DNA of 61,057 nt from Obrimoposthia wandeli. Lineage: Eukaryota. A program made the translations under genes and the position numbers. A model generated the notes under the pieces. It was not told the origin of the DNA and did no database searches. It saw only the letters and a program-made list of their open reading frames with translations. The first letter of the stretch is position 1. Every line of letters starts with the position of its first letter. The stretch lies in the NCBI GenBank assembly GCA_977020255.1, contig CDROCS010001093.1, forward strand, positions 124,001-185,057. Direction: 5' to 3'. Below are positions 23,187 through 33,900 of the stretch, piece after piece.

Positions 23187-23560
23187 TTTGCAAATATTGT
23201 TCCTTCAACATTCTTACGTTTGTTTATATTAATTTTTAGCTTCTTTTTACTTTTAAATCCACTACCTCCTTGGCTTTTATTTGATTTACGTTTTCTAATC
23301 AAATTAGCAACTTCAGGTAAAACATTATCAAGTTCATCAAGCGCATGGTTCTTAAAAGTTGGTATTAGTTTGTTGTCCTTAGATGAAAGGTAATCCTTTC
23401 CTAATTTTGATATAAATTGCCCGAGTCTCTTTAAAAGAGGAAAGGCAAATCTACCTAATGTTCTAAGCCAGCCAGATCCGTATTGTTTACCAACAAAATA
23501 TGGTAATTCTCCATCTTGTTGGCTTTGACTATAAGCTTCAATTATTGCTGGATTCGCCAT
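23183..23560 (-). CDS. Basic virion core-like protein with QxGxG motifs (conserved polinton ORF upstream of MCP)
   Basis: 125-aa intact ORF: PYFVGKQYGSGWLRTLGRFAFPLLK...SQGGSGFKSKKK. Homologous remnants are in copies A and B. Confidence 0.8.
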   Translation of the reverse strand: MANPAIIEAYSQSQQDGELPYFVGKQYGSGWLRTLGRFAFPLLKRLGQFISKLGKDYLSSKDNKLIPTFKNHALDELDNVLPEVANLIRKRKSNKSQGGSGFKSKKKLKININKRKNVEGTIFAK

Positions 23561-24500
23561 TTTGTTTTCTTAAATGTATTGTTAAACTTGTCTTGGCCCC
23601 GTACGTGAAATCTATTAGTTGTCCGGAATCATCTCTAATATTTACTTCAATATTGTTTATAGAAAGAGAGAAACTGGAAGATACATTGGTTGATCTATAC
23701 ACATACCGACAGCATCCCCATCTCTAGTTTCATTTTTAGATATCCATATTGTTCTCAAAAGTGGAACTCTCTGTCCTCCTACAAGCGTTGGTTCTATTAA
23801 ATTAGTATAAATATATAAATGATCACCAGCATTTAAAAAAGTTTTGCCTTATTTTTAGCTTTTATGGTTTTTATTGTATGGGTTTCAAAGGTATTTCTGT
23901 TTAAACCAAGGTTTTTAGCGAGTTTATCATCAAATGAATCTCGTTTTATATTGCTCTTTACTGTAAACGTTAATTTACCATTTAATGTTTCACATTTATC
24001 TAAATATTCACTACATTCCTTCTGTATTAATTTACAGAAATTCACTTCACTATCTATTTTATAATCTTTTGAAAACCTTTTCTGTTCCACTACAGTCTTT
24101 GGTCTCGTTTCAAGTAACAACACTTTTGCTACTCTACCAGGAACATTTCTAACCGATTTAGATGAGACAATATCCCGTTTATTACGAGCTACTGTTTGTT
24201 CACTATCAAAACTGAATTGAAGAGCTTCTTTTTTAGATTCAAAATTAATTTTAATAACTTGAAGAAATTTTAATCGATTTTTAAATCTGACTTTGTTATT
24301 TTCAAATATTACTTTCACTTCTTTATCTATACAATTGTAATAGAATTATCCTTTACTATCAAACCCGATCACAACTTTAGTTGTTATTTCATTATCAACT
24401 TCTTTTGTAAACGAGATATGTGAGTTTTTTTTGATAGTAATTGGAGAATAATAAAAAGAAAATTCTGTTAAAGCCGCTTCCCATTCTCCTTGGAGATTTT
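23538..24500 (-). pseudogene. PX: Minor capsid protein (penton) lacking its N-terminal ~35 aa; one stop and two frameshifts
   Basis: Starts NLQGEWEAALTEF (penton LxGxWEVAL motif). TAA at 24346-24348, frameshifts near 23835 and 23663, ending LTIHLRKQNGESSNN* at 23538. Confidence 0.85.
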
Positions 24501-24942
24501 TATTATTTATATTATTTTGTTTAAATAAAGATTGAACTTGCTTATTATAAAATTCTTTTCCTAAATCAGTTTGCACATTTTGTGGAATGTCCTCTTTTAA
24601 TATTTCTTTAATGGCTTCAAGCATAGCTATTGAAGACTTTGCTTTAACTGGAATTGCACGAGCAAACCTGCTAAATACATCAATACATGTTAAAATATAT
24701 CGATATCCCTTATTAATGGAAGAATATGGAATCATCTCCATCAAATCCATTTGCCATAAATTATTAGGACCGCTGGTTTTGTAAGCTCTAGTTGGAAACC
24801 TTCTTCTCATTGGCTTGTTCAGACTGTAGGCTAACTGGTTGCTCAGCCATTTCTGCGTTTTCTTGTATTTTTGTTTTGTTCTTTTTGCTAATTTTGAAAC
24901 TCCGGTGCAGCCAATTGGATCTTTTGGGTTGAACCATATCTT
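24500..24942 (-). pseudogene. INT: Retroviral-like (rve) integrase, N-terminal half only; start codon lost
   Basis: KIWFNPKDPIG...KWLSNQLAYSLNKPMRRRFP...LWQMDL...LTCIDVFSRFA...QTDLGKEFYN. The third catalytic residue (VERFN) and the C-terminus are deleted. Copy E shows ATG GAG at the position where C has a 5-nt deletion. Confidence 0.93.
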
Positions 24943-25029
24943 CTACAACAATTTGAATAAAAAGAAAATTTAAGATTAGGTAAAGAAGGGCTAGCAACCA
25001 TATCTTTAGCTGATTTTAGAAATAATTGT

Positions 25030-25359
25030 TTATGAACGTGTCGCAGCTATAATACTACTGATAATTGAAGCAACAACTATAATAACAGCTCCTATGAAAC
25101 CACCATTCTGTTTAAGAATAATATTTCGTTTCCTTTTTTTACTTTTTACATTAGCAATATCTAGAAGAGTTTTTCTATATTTCTTTAATAAATTTTTCCG
25201 ATTTCCAACTTTTACTCGACCCAAAACTATATTATACAAAACTTCCTATAAATCATCTACAACAAAGGATGGAAATGCTTTAAGAATAATCATTCTCTTA
25301 TTAGAAGAGGCTTTGACTAAAACTTTAAAATAGGGTATGCTTCTTTGTATTTTCTTCAT
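25030..25359 (-). pseudogene. Small conserved polinton protein with C-terminal QNGGF plus hydrophobic tail (candidate virion/membrane-active protein); one TAG
   Basis: MKKIQRSIPYFKVLVKASSNKRMIILKAFPSFVVDDL*EVLYNIVLGRV...LLKKYRKTLLDIAN...IILKQNGGFIGAVIIVVASIISSIIAATRS. Stop at 25246-25248. Confidence 0.75.
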
Positions 25360-25390
25360 TTTAATAAAAAAGGTGTTATTTAAATATTGT

Positions 25391-25531
25391 TTATATTCGA
25401 AGCCATTTAAGTTTTTTTTTATTTTTAACTACAGATTTGATTAATTTTTTCACTTCTTTTTTCTTAATGATTCTTTTTTTTGATTTCTTAGATTTTACTT
25501 TACGTTTTACTATCAACTTTGTAAAAGCCAT
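25391..25531 (-). CDS. 46-aa extremely Lys-rich protein (protamine/H1-like candidate core protein)
   Basis: MAFTKLIVKRKVKSKKSKKRIIKKKEVKKLIKSVVKNKKKLKWLRI has 19 K and 3 R. It sits between the ATPase stop (25539) and the next ATG (25359), below the ORF-track size cutoff. Confidence 0.65.
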   Translation of the reverse strand: MAFTKLIVKRKVKSKKSKKRIIKKKEVKKLIKSVVKNKKKLKWLRI

Positions 25532-25538
25532 TGCGAAT

Positions 25539-26120
25539 TTATTTTTTATAATTGTTCTCTATTTGTTTATAAACAGTTACTCCCTTAGAATTAAATATGT
25601 CTGTTAAAACACGTAAATCATCTGGGCAAGCTTGTGTAAAGTCAATAAATATATACCCATTGTGCTTGTTTAGCAGCATCGTGGAATGAATCAACTAGAA
25701 AGTTCTTATTTTGAGGAAATGCCTGTCTGACCACAAAATCAACAACTGTTTGATCTCTAGGATTTTTAAATAAAACTAAGTAATGTACATTAAGATTTCT
25801 TGTTCTATGGTGACCTCCTTGGTGAAACAGATTTTGAGTGATAAATATAACTGTTACTTCACGATGTCTTGCAATCTTTGTAAATAAATTATTAAAGTCC
25901 GATTCCTTGTTAGCCTCCTCATACAAATCATCAATTATTATTACATCTTATTTTTTCAATCTTTCACACCAATTTGCATCAAATCCTTCAATAAATTGTA
26001 TTCCCTTCAACTTGTAAACTTATGTTTTGGTTAACCCGCTTTCCCCTCCTCCACCATGAAAGTATTTGAATTAGAAACATAGCGTATTGCATCAAGAATT
26101 TTATTAAAAATCACATTATA
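25539..26120 (-). pseudogene. ATP: A32/FtsK-like DNA packaging ATPase, 5'-truncated
   Basis: Walker B VIIIDDLY, LFTKIARH, IFITQNLF, LNVHYLVLFKNPRD and, after a frameshift, GYIFIDFTQACPDDLRVLTDIF. Walker A was not found. There is a TAA just before Walker B. Confidence 0.9.
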
Positions 26121-26699
26121 TTTTCATTTAAAAAAAAAGTTTACAATATGAGCAAAAAACCTGTTTTATATTACCCATACAAATTGAATTAATACAAAAG
26201 CTCAACTACAGGAAGACTCCTTTTTTACTTATCAAAGATGTACTTTTTCAGACCGAAACTCAACCCAAAATAGACACTATGACCGCAACTCACGATTACA
26301 AAGATTATACATTTTTAGTTAGGACAAAATGTTGTTTTCGTGTATTATTTATCCAAAAACTTTCAACTTTTATTTCGGTTGACAACATTGAGTGAATTTT
26401 GACTTAATGTTACTCACCTAAGAAGTCAAAATAGCTAAAATAAACTAACCTAATAATCAAGTTTAACTTGAACAATTATTTATCTTCTCCTAAACCTGAC
26501 TCCAAAATCATCAGTTTTTTCCCTACAAAATTTCTCCCGGGATATACGAGTGAAATCTGACGCTTCGTATGCTCTACACACTGCGAACTGAGGTTAGGAA
26601 AATTTCTGCCTAGAAAAAAGCAAACAGTAAGCGTAGCCATGCTTAAAAACAATTGTCTTATATGATAAACTGTACGATAATTCTCGTGTTCGATGATTC

Positions 26700-28100
26700 A
26701 TCCTCACATTTTGCTTGTTCTGGCTGTATTCATTTTCCCTCAACTCTTTGCAAAAGATAAATTTTCTTTAATCTCAACTGAGAAAGTTTGCTGGATATTA
26801 TTCATCGAATTCTAGCAATTAAGCAATTAATTTTCAAATAAACTGTTGTAGCGTGTATCAGAATTTAAGAACCGGACAATATTTCACAATTATTTGTACA
26901 TTTCTTTACTCTTTACTTGTTTAATCAATGATAATTTCGATGAAATGTTGGTGAAATAAAATCAGCACAGCAGAGGTGTAAGACTAGTAAAAAATAAAAC
27001 AGATTTTCTACTATAACATAATATTTATTTAACACCAATTTTAAATTGAAACAAGATCAAACAATCTGTTATAGGATTATTTAAACAAATAATTGATTGC
27101 ATTCAATTTTTAGCAAAGATTTTCATTATTTTTTGGCTAAATTTTGCCATTTGCGTCTATATTCATCATGTGAATAATTTTCATTAAAAATGCTTCATCT
27201 GTTGGCAAATTAAAGTCTAAATAATTTATGATTGAATGTTATTTTTTTAGTTTTTTCAAAAATTTCCTATGTCTGCATATTGTTGAAGAACTCATTGAAA
27301 CAACAAATTCATTAGTGGCTTCATGTAATGAAACTTGCTGAATGCTGTTTATCACATTTTGACATCTTTAGTAACGTTCACTAGGAACTGATTCACTCCG
27401 ACGAAAGACATACGAATAAGTCCCGCTTAAACTCACAGCAACAATTGCCATATGCTTGCGTGCTATCAATGATCTTCTTTCAGTTGTCGGACGATCTCCA
27501 TTAGCTCCTAACCACATACCAATCGAAATCCTTTGTCGAAAGTTTCTCAAAGAGAACCACTTTTTCTCAATTTGATCAGCCTCCTTGGACGAGATGGAAT
27601 GCATCCAAGAATGATTACCACGGTTATGTTCTATTAAAATATGAGAACCCAATTTTTAATTTTATGAATGTTATCATGAAAAACAGAGGGATATTTCAGC
27701 CTAGAAACTTTTAATCATTTATATTCTGCTAGAATATGACCCCCATAATATGACCTCCAATAATTTAATACGATCCTGTTGATGCTTCGTTTGCAGAATA
27801 GAATATAACTATTTCCAAACGTGATTGTTGTTTAGAGCAAAATCTTAGTTATAGAGGCTGACAAAATGCATACTTAATCACTGTGCTATTTATAGTGTTA
27901 ACATATGAGCAATAAATAAAGTTTCCAAACTAAAAAACCATTCTAAAAGTTATATCGAGTAAGTTTGCTCTTTCTCATATGGTCAGAAAGAGTCTTCATT
28001 CACCAGTGCTTCATTCCATTCATTGTCCCGGAAGCGCACTAAATGGTTGACTACTTCCTTCTGATTGTGTGAATGCTTTCCTATAACCAGTTCTAAATTT
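26700..28100 (-). pseudogene. Possible Mutator-like (MULE) transposase remnant
   Basis: Frameshifted IILGC/FHLVQ (about 27620-27585) resembles MULE GCxFHxxQ, and TNNCE near 26895 resembles RTNNxxE. It is highly decayed. Confidence 0.35.
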
Positions 28101-28559
28101 TTCGAAAAGCATTTACAAAGTTTGAAATTGATTCCTTAAATGAAACTGTTATTCAGTTTATTTCAAAACATTTTAAATTATTTCTTTGTAATGTTTCTAA
28201 TAGATAAGGCAATTTTCGTTTGTTGGCGTCTATTGAGAATAAAAATGTAAACTGAGGTGTACTTATTTAAACGTCATATTTTCACTGCAAAAATATTAGT
28301 TGAATAATATTGATTTTTTTGGTATTATTTCTTACATATTTTGCTTTTTAATGTTACGTTTGAAAAGCTTTTTAATGTTACGTTTGAAAAGCTTTAAATC
28401 AATAGTGACACAAGTTTAACCATTGTTATTGATATATTCGTTATCACACAAAGATTAAATTTATTGTTGTATGTATTTAATATTAGAGCAACAACAAAAA
28501 TCAAAATTAAAATTGTTTGCATTGTTGCGTGATGCAGGACAAACAAGTTTCATGTAAGA

Positions 28560-29330
28560 ATGTCCGGGACGCCTGGCATCTTTGCCTATGGCGGTAGATT
28601 GGAAATTTATAATGAAAATTGAAAATTTATTATAATTTCATTTAAACACTCGATATTTCTGACAGAAATTTTACAATTAAATGTTAATCGGAGGATGGTT
28701 AGATTAATAATAAAAAAACAAACTAAATATTTGACTCACTGATTATTTTAAATATAATAAATTTTACTCAAATTGAGGCATTTGTCTGGACACGAGTGAG
28801 TTAATGTTGATGGACAGACCACAAATGAGTATGCTGCTGACTGACGTTTTCTCAGCCAAATGAAATTGAGCCAAGATTGCTCCGTTAATAATTTATGCCA
28901 TGAAATGTCTGAAGCCAAACAATGAAAAGTTCCATTCATCAATTTAATAAGAATGCGATTTATAATTAATTGTTTATACTACTTTGATACACAATTGTCG
29001 TTCAATTTTACACAGCATTTATCGAAAGACATAAACTTAGAACCTAGAAGGATATATCGAAGTTGAAATAACAATTTAATACAATCTCCATGTGATTTTG
29101 AATTCCGATCTTTGCATGTTTTTCTTTGTTTTACTGAGCTTATGTGCGCGATAACTTTTAAACTAATAGCACAAAGTTTAAATTCAATTTTCCTTATATA
29201 AGTTAATGACAGCGAGTTAAACTGTCCTTCATTACCAGACAGCAATCATGGCATCAATAAAATAGTTATTGTTTTGTTTTTTTTGTCATTAAAAAGATTT
29301 AAAAAGATTCGAAAACTATTTTTAAAGTTT
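28560..29330 (-). mobile_element. Possible hAT (Blackjack-like) remnant
   Basis: The end sequence revcomp GATGCCAGGCGTCCCGGACATT resembles Blackjack-type TIRs. The minus ORF 28979-29245 has SKSHGDCIKLL...SKF, resembling HxxSxxSxDCxxKL. Confidence 0.35.
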
Positions 29331-30149
29331 ATTAGTCTAGATGTTGTTTTCCAAGTTTCTGATTTTACGACCGAGATTACCATGAGCTATTTATAGAATA
29401 AAATAAATAGTTTACCGAAGTGATATTAATAAAGAATAACAATTCTCTGGATTATAATTTTTGGAGCCACAAACACATAGAAATATTTTTTGTCGTACAA
29501 ATTGAAAACCTTGTGGTCTCACAAACTTTCTGAGTTTCTCAAATTGTTGTACATCGTAATATAAAAACCATAATTAATTAATAGTAAATCTAATGTATCG
29601 AAGATATATATATATACAACAGCACGTGAGTATGTGCACATGTAAATGCACACATAAAATTTGAAAAATCAAGTGAGACAGTGCTGCCGATGACTATATA
29701 CAACTATGCAGAAAAATCACAAATTTTGCCATAGATTATAATACCCCTACACCAATGATTTCTCATTGCTTTTTTCTCAATGACAATAGTAGTGAAGGCG
29801 TATTTCAATTTAAGACTAATGACGATAATGTAAATGAAAATATTTTAGAAACTGAATCAAAGTCAAAGGAAACTAAAGCTGAAATTATTAGGCTTCATGA
29901 TCCGAGTGTTTGTCCGCTGTTGTGTCACAGGCCACTTGACCGACAATTTAAACTACTCAATTTAAAGGTAAAAATATTAAACGATATTTACAAAAAATTA
30001 ATCTCAATGTGAATTTAACGCTCTAAAATTAACAAAGTACATGTATAGCCGTATTTGTAAACATTCTTCTAATTTTTTGTAATCAGGCTCGAAAAACAAT
30101 TTACCTATGATACTTCAGCTAAATTACAATTTCCTCTACATACAGCTTT

Positions 30150-30460
30150 TCTTTCCTTTGTTCGCATGATAAAAAACAGAGTTAAACAAAGGATACTAGA
30201 AGAAAATCGGTTTTTGATAGAATCTAGATTGTCTTCTATTGTGTTGCCGACCCAAAACTGACGATGGAACCGGAAGCAATAGTACGGACAATTAGTGAAG
30301 AAAGAAGGGCACACAGATGTCATGGTTACTGCCAGAATCTTTTTATAACCATGACTAAGAGACAGTGTGATAGACCAATCAGACAAGTGAGCAACCATCA
30401 CTGACTGTCTTCACATTGCGACAGTGTGTCTGAGGCTTACATACGCACAGTATTTTGAGG
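30150..30460 (+). pseudogene. Possible piggyBac C-terminal Cys-rich domain remnant
   Basis: One frame reads EERRAHRCHGYCQNL...RQVSNHH*LSSHC, loosely like the piggyBac RxRCxxCY...VxTxCxxC domain. Confidence 0.25.
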
Positions 30461-30946
30461 TGATGAAGCAGTGTATGAATTTGCACAATAATCATGACTA
30501 TAGCTTTTTAGACATTTATTTAGTCTTACATATCTCATAACATTTACGCATTCAGTTTTTTTATTTACAAAATATCCCACGGCGAAACCCTAAAATCGTT
30601 TGTGTTATATTTATGAAATAATAAATTACTAAATAGCACTGCACAACACGACTTTTTGTTGATTAAATAATACAATGAATTTCTAGAGCGGCATTTTACA
30701 CAAATTTTAAATAGTCTCATCGAAACATTCCACCATATTCAGATTTCTGTAAAAATTCAAATATCGATTTTCAAATTATTATACATATATATTAAGTAAT
30801 ACATGTATGAAGTTACTTAAACAATAAGCAGAGAAACAAAAAAAATTTAATTTTTATAAAATACAATAATTTATCGATTTGCAAATTTATCTTTCTTAAA
30901 CATTTTTTCTAAAAAACAACAAAATTCACTTTGCATTGCCCGATCC

Positions 30947-33900
30947 AAAGTAGGTGGAAGGATGGAGTCTAGAACACTTGACCCCCTGTGTGCGCACACA
31001 ATTTTTAAGTGTGACTTGCCACACCATAAGGGTATGGCTGCGAAAGGTTATGAAGGTTTGAAGGTATGGTCGTGACTGTCTATAGGTGGTCAACACATTT
31101 AAAGGGTTGTAGTCGTCCATAGATGAAAGGGTATTCAGTTATAACTTGAAGGTTTGAACGTATTATCGAAGTCAACTATGGTTGGCCATCACATCTAAGT
31201 GGAAGAGTCGGGCTAAAGACTAATCAAGTTTCAGATATCCAGGCTTTAGTACATGGTTGGAATCATCTTTAGAAGGCAAATTCATCCATAAAGGTATGGT
31301 CGACCATAGATGAAAGGTTAAAATAAAGTTGGAATTTTAAAGTTTAAAGTACATGCTTGTGATTGTCAAAATATTGTGCGTTTAATCATGAAAATATTTT
31401 ATGGTCCTCCACAAGTTAAGGGTCAGATTTGAAACAAACTTGATAATTTTATTACATGGTTGTATCAAAATTGAGTTCAATCATACCCTTATGATCATGC
31501 ATAAGTTAAAGAATCCTGGTGTAAAATAAAAAAATACTTGTAATTTTAAAAATAATAATATTTTTTTAATTTAATTTTTTTCTTATTTAATTTGTTACTT
31601 TTTAATAAAGTTAAACAAATTTTAATTTAACTGTTTTTGAAATAAAATATTAAAGTACCATTATTTAAAATTAATATTAAACAAAAATAAATGTTTAATA
31701 AACTCAAAATACTTTACTAACATTTTTTTCATAAATATTTAAATTAACGCAAATTTTTCATTAATTTTATTAATGTAATTTAACAATTTTGTTTAAAAAA
31801 ATTTTAAAAAATCTGATAAAAAAATAAGAAATACCTGTAATTTTTCAAAAAAATAATAATATTTAATTTAAATTTGTGCCAATTTAATTGTTAGTTTTTG
31901 TTAAACAGGTTTTTAAAATAAATTATTATGCAAAAATGTTTAACAAACTCAAAATACTTTACAATTTTTTTTACAAGAATTTAAATTTACACAAAATTGT
32001 CATTAATTTTATTGATTTATTTAAACAATTTTTTTTAAATGCAAACATCAAACAAAATTTATTTTGACATCAAAATTTTTTTAATATAAAAATTAAGCAA
32101 AGATGTTTACTAAACTCAAAATATTTACTATTTATGATAAATATTTAAATTTTCGCAAAGCTTTTATTGTTTTTATTTAAGTATTAAAAAAATTTGATTT
32201 AAAACATAATTATCAAACAAATGTTAATTATACAACAAAAATTTAAATAAAAATACAATATATTAATACAAAATGAAACAAATTTTTTAAAAAAATCTTT
32301 GCAATAAATAACAATTTTAATAAATATTTAACTTACTAAAATAATTTCATCGTCTCCATTGACATTTATCCGAAAGAGTAATACCACTATTCCAAAAATT
32401 TAAGTGTAACTTAAGAATTATTTATACAAATTTATTATATTAAAATTCTAAATTACGCTTTTTATTGTTTACAATTATTGTATTAAAACAATGAAAATAA
32501 TTTTAAATGTAGCATTCTTAATATTAATAAAAGTTAATTTTTTTGAAATAAAACAATGTAAAGTAATATTTGATATTTTTCTTAGATAAATAATATTATA
32601 ATAAATAATATTCAAGTACACAAGACAACTACTAAAATACAAGTTTAATTTTCAAAAAAATAATAGAATAATACAAAACATTAACTAACTTGTACATTTT
32701 TTAACAATTCTTGCGTTAAAGCTTCATGTTCATTTTGTTTGAAAAAAAACATTTTGATCCTAGTTAGTAAAATTAACAATTGTGACAAATACTTATATTA
32801 CCTCGAGTTTTAATTTTCACCATTGTTGTATTATAACTCATTTATATTTTAACACAAACATATTTATTAAACTCATAGTTACACATGTTAAATATTTATT
32901 AATTTTTAAATGACACACTTTTATACTTGTAATTTATAACTTAAATCAATGATGAAAATATTATTATTTTAAATATTAAAGCAAATTTAAAAGAAAATAA
33001 TATACTAGCTAGCTAATTATTAAATTAATACTATCAATCAATGAAGATGATGTAACAATCTGATGAAAATTATTATAATTAAGATCTGAATTTTCACATT
33101 TTATTTTTATTTTCACATGCTACAATGATCAAAAATTCATTCACATATGCACATAAATCATTGAATATTCCTTATCTCATTTGATAACATTCCTTAATTG
33201 AATTTTTTTTTATTCTGATAAATTTGCTATTTTTATTTTTGGCTAAAGAAATATTTATTTTTATAATTTGAGTATTAATATTATCCAATTTCCACTTCAT
33301 ATATTCGAAAATATCTTTAAAATATTTTATTTTTAAAACTGAAAAAAAATAATTTTATACATGTATTCTATTTGTATCGAATATTGAAAATTAATTTGCA
33401 AACACATGTTATTCAAAGTTACTGAAAGTTTTGTTAAAAATTAGAATACCAAATCTTTAATAATATTGTTTTATATGTTAATAAATCCAATTATGTACAT
33501 ATTCGATTATAAATTTAGTATTTTTATTTATTATTCTACTTTCTAAAATATTAAAAATCACTTGTGAGAACAAATAAAATTAATTATCGATTGTATGGAG
33601 TGTAAATGTAAATAAAATCAAGTACAATTAACAATGAATGCAAGTACAAGTATGAATGAATGCAGCTACAAGTACAAGTAAGAAAGAATACGATTACAAG
33701 TACGAATGTCAAGTACAAGTATGATTGAAAGTGAGTAAAAATAATAATGAATTTGAATGATAGTTTGAATAAATGAGAGTTAGAATGAATGTAAATGAAT
33801 GCAAGTATGAATGCAAGTGAATGCGAATACAAGTAAGAGTCTTAGCAAGTGAATGTAAAACTACAAGTGAGTACCAGCTAATTATTAAATTAATACTATC

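Larger units (their letters stand above)
12295..26130 (+). mobile_element. Polinton/Maverick (adintovirus-like) endogenous element, copy C; left end present, right end lost
   Basis: Starts AGTAGGTGGATGTGTCCGGTC, which matches the terminus of copy D in inverted orientation. Has the full hallmark set: pPolB, rve integrase, packaging ATPase, adenain protease, MCP and penton in two convergent blocks. The ATPase 5' part and the right TIR were not found. Confidence 0.97.

Noticed and set aside
13756-23727. Antisense or out-of-frame ORFs such as 13756-14163, 14195-14446, 14932-15285, 19499-19732, 22498-22916, 23136-23393 and 23500-23727
   Set aside because: They are shadows of the real genes on the opposite strand or in another frame, with no recognisable motifs.
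24788-24997. ORF MLALLYLILNFL... as a separate membrane protein
   Set aside because: It is an alternative frame over the integrase N-terminus (KIWFNPKDPIG...KWLSNQLAYSLNKP).
24943-25001. An intron (ATG|gttgct...ttgtag|AAG ATA TGG) providing the integrase start
   Set aside because: The donor GTTGCT is unlike the other donors, and copy E has ATG GAG directly at this spot, so a 5-nt deletion of the start codon in C is simpler. It is not fully excluded.
13776-26120. Alternative genetic code or programmed readthrough explaining the in-frame stops
   Set aside because: All three stop types occur and replace different residues. Paralogous copies show sense codons at checkable sites (Arg CGT in copy B for TGA 20807, Glu GAA in copy A for TAA 23106; YADFE in fragment E for TAG 19035). 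This is ordinary decay.
30947-30958. Match of AAAGTA(GG) to the phage phi29 terminal repeat as evidence of specific relatedness
   Set aside because: Six to eight bases is too short to distinguish from chance or convergent protein-priming requirements.
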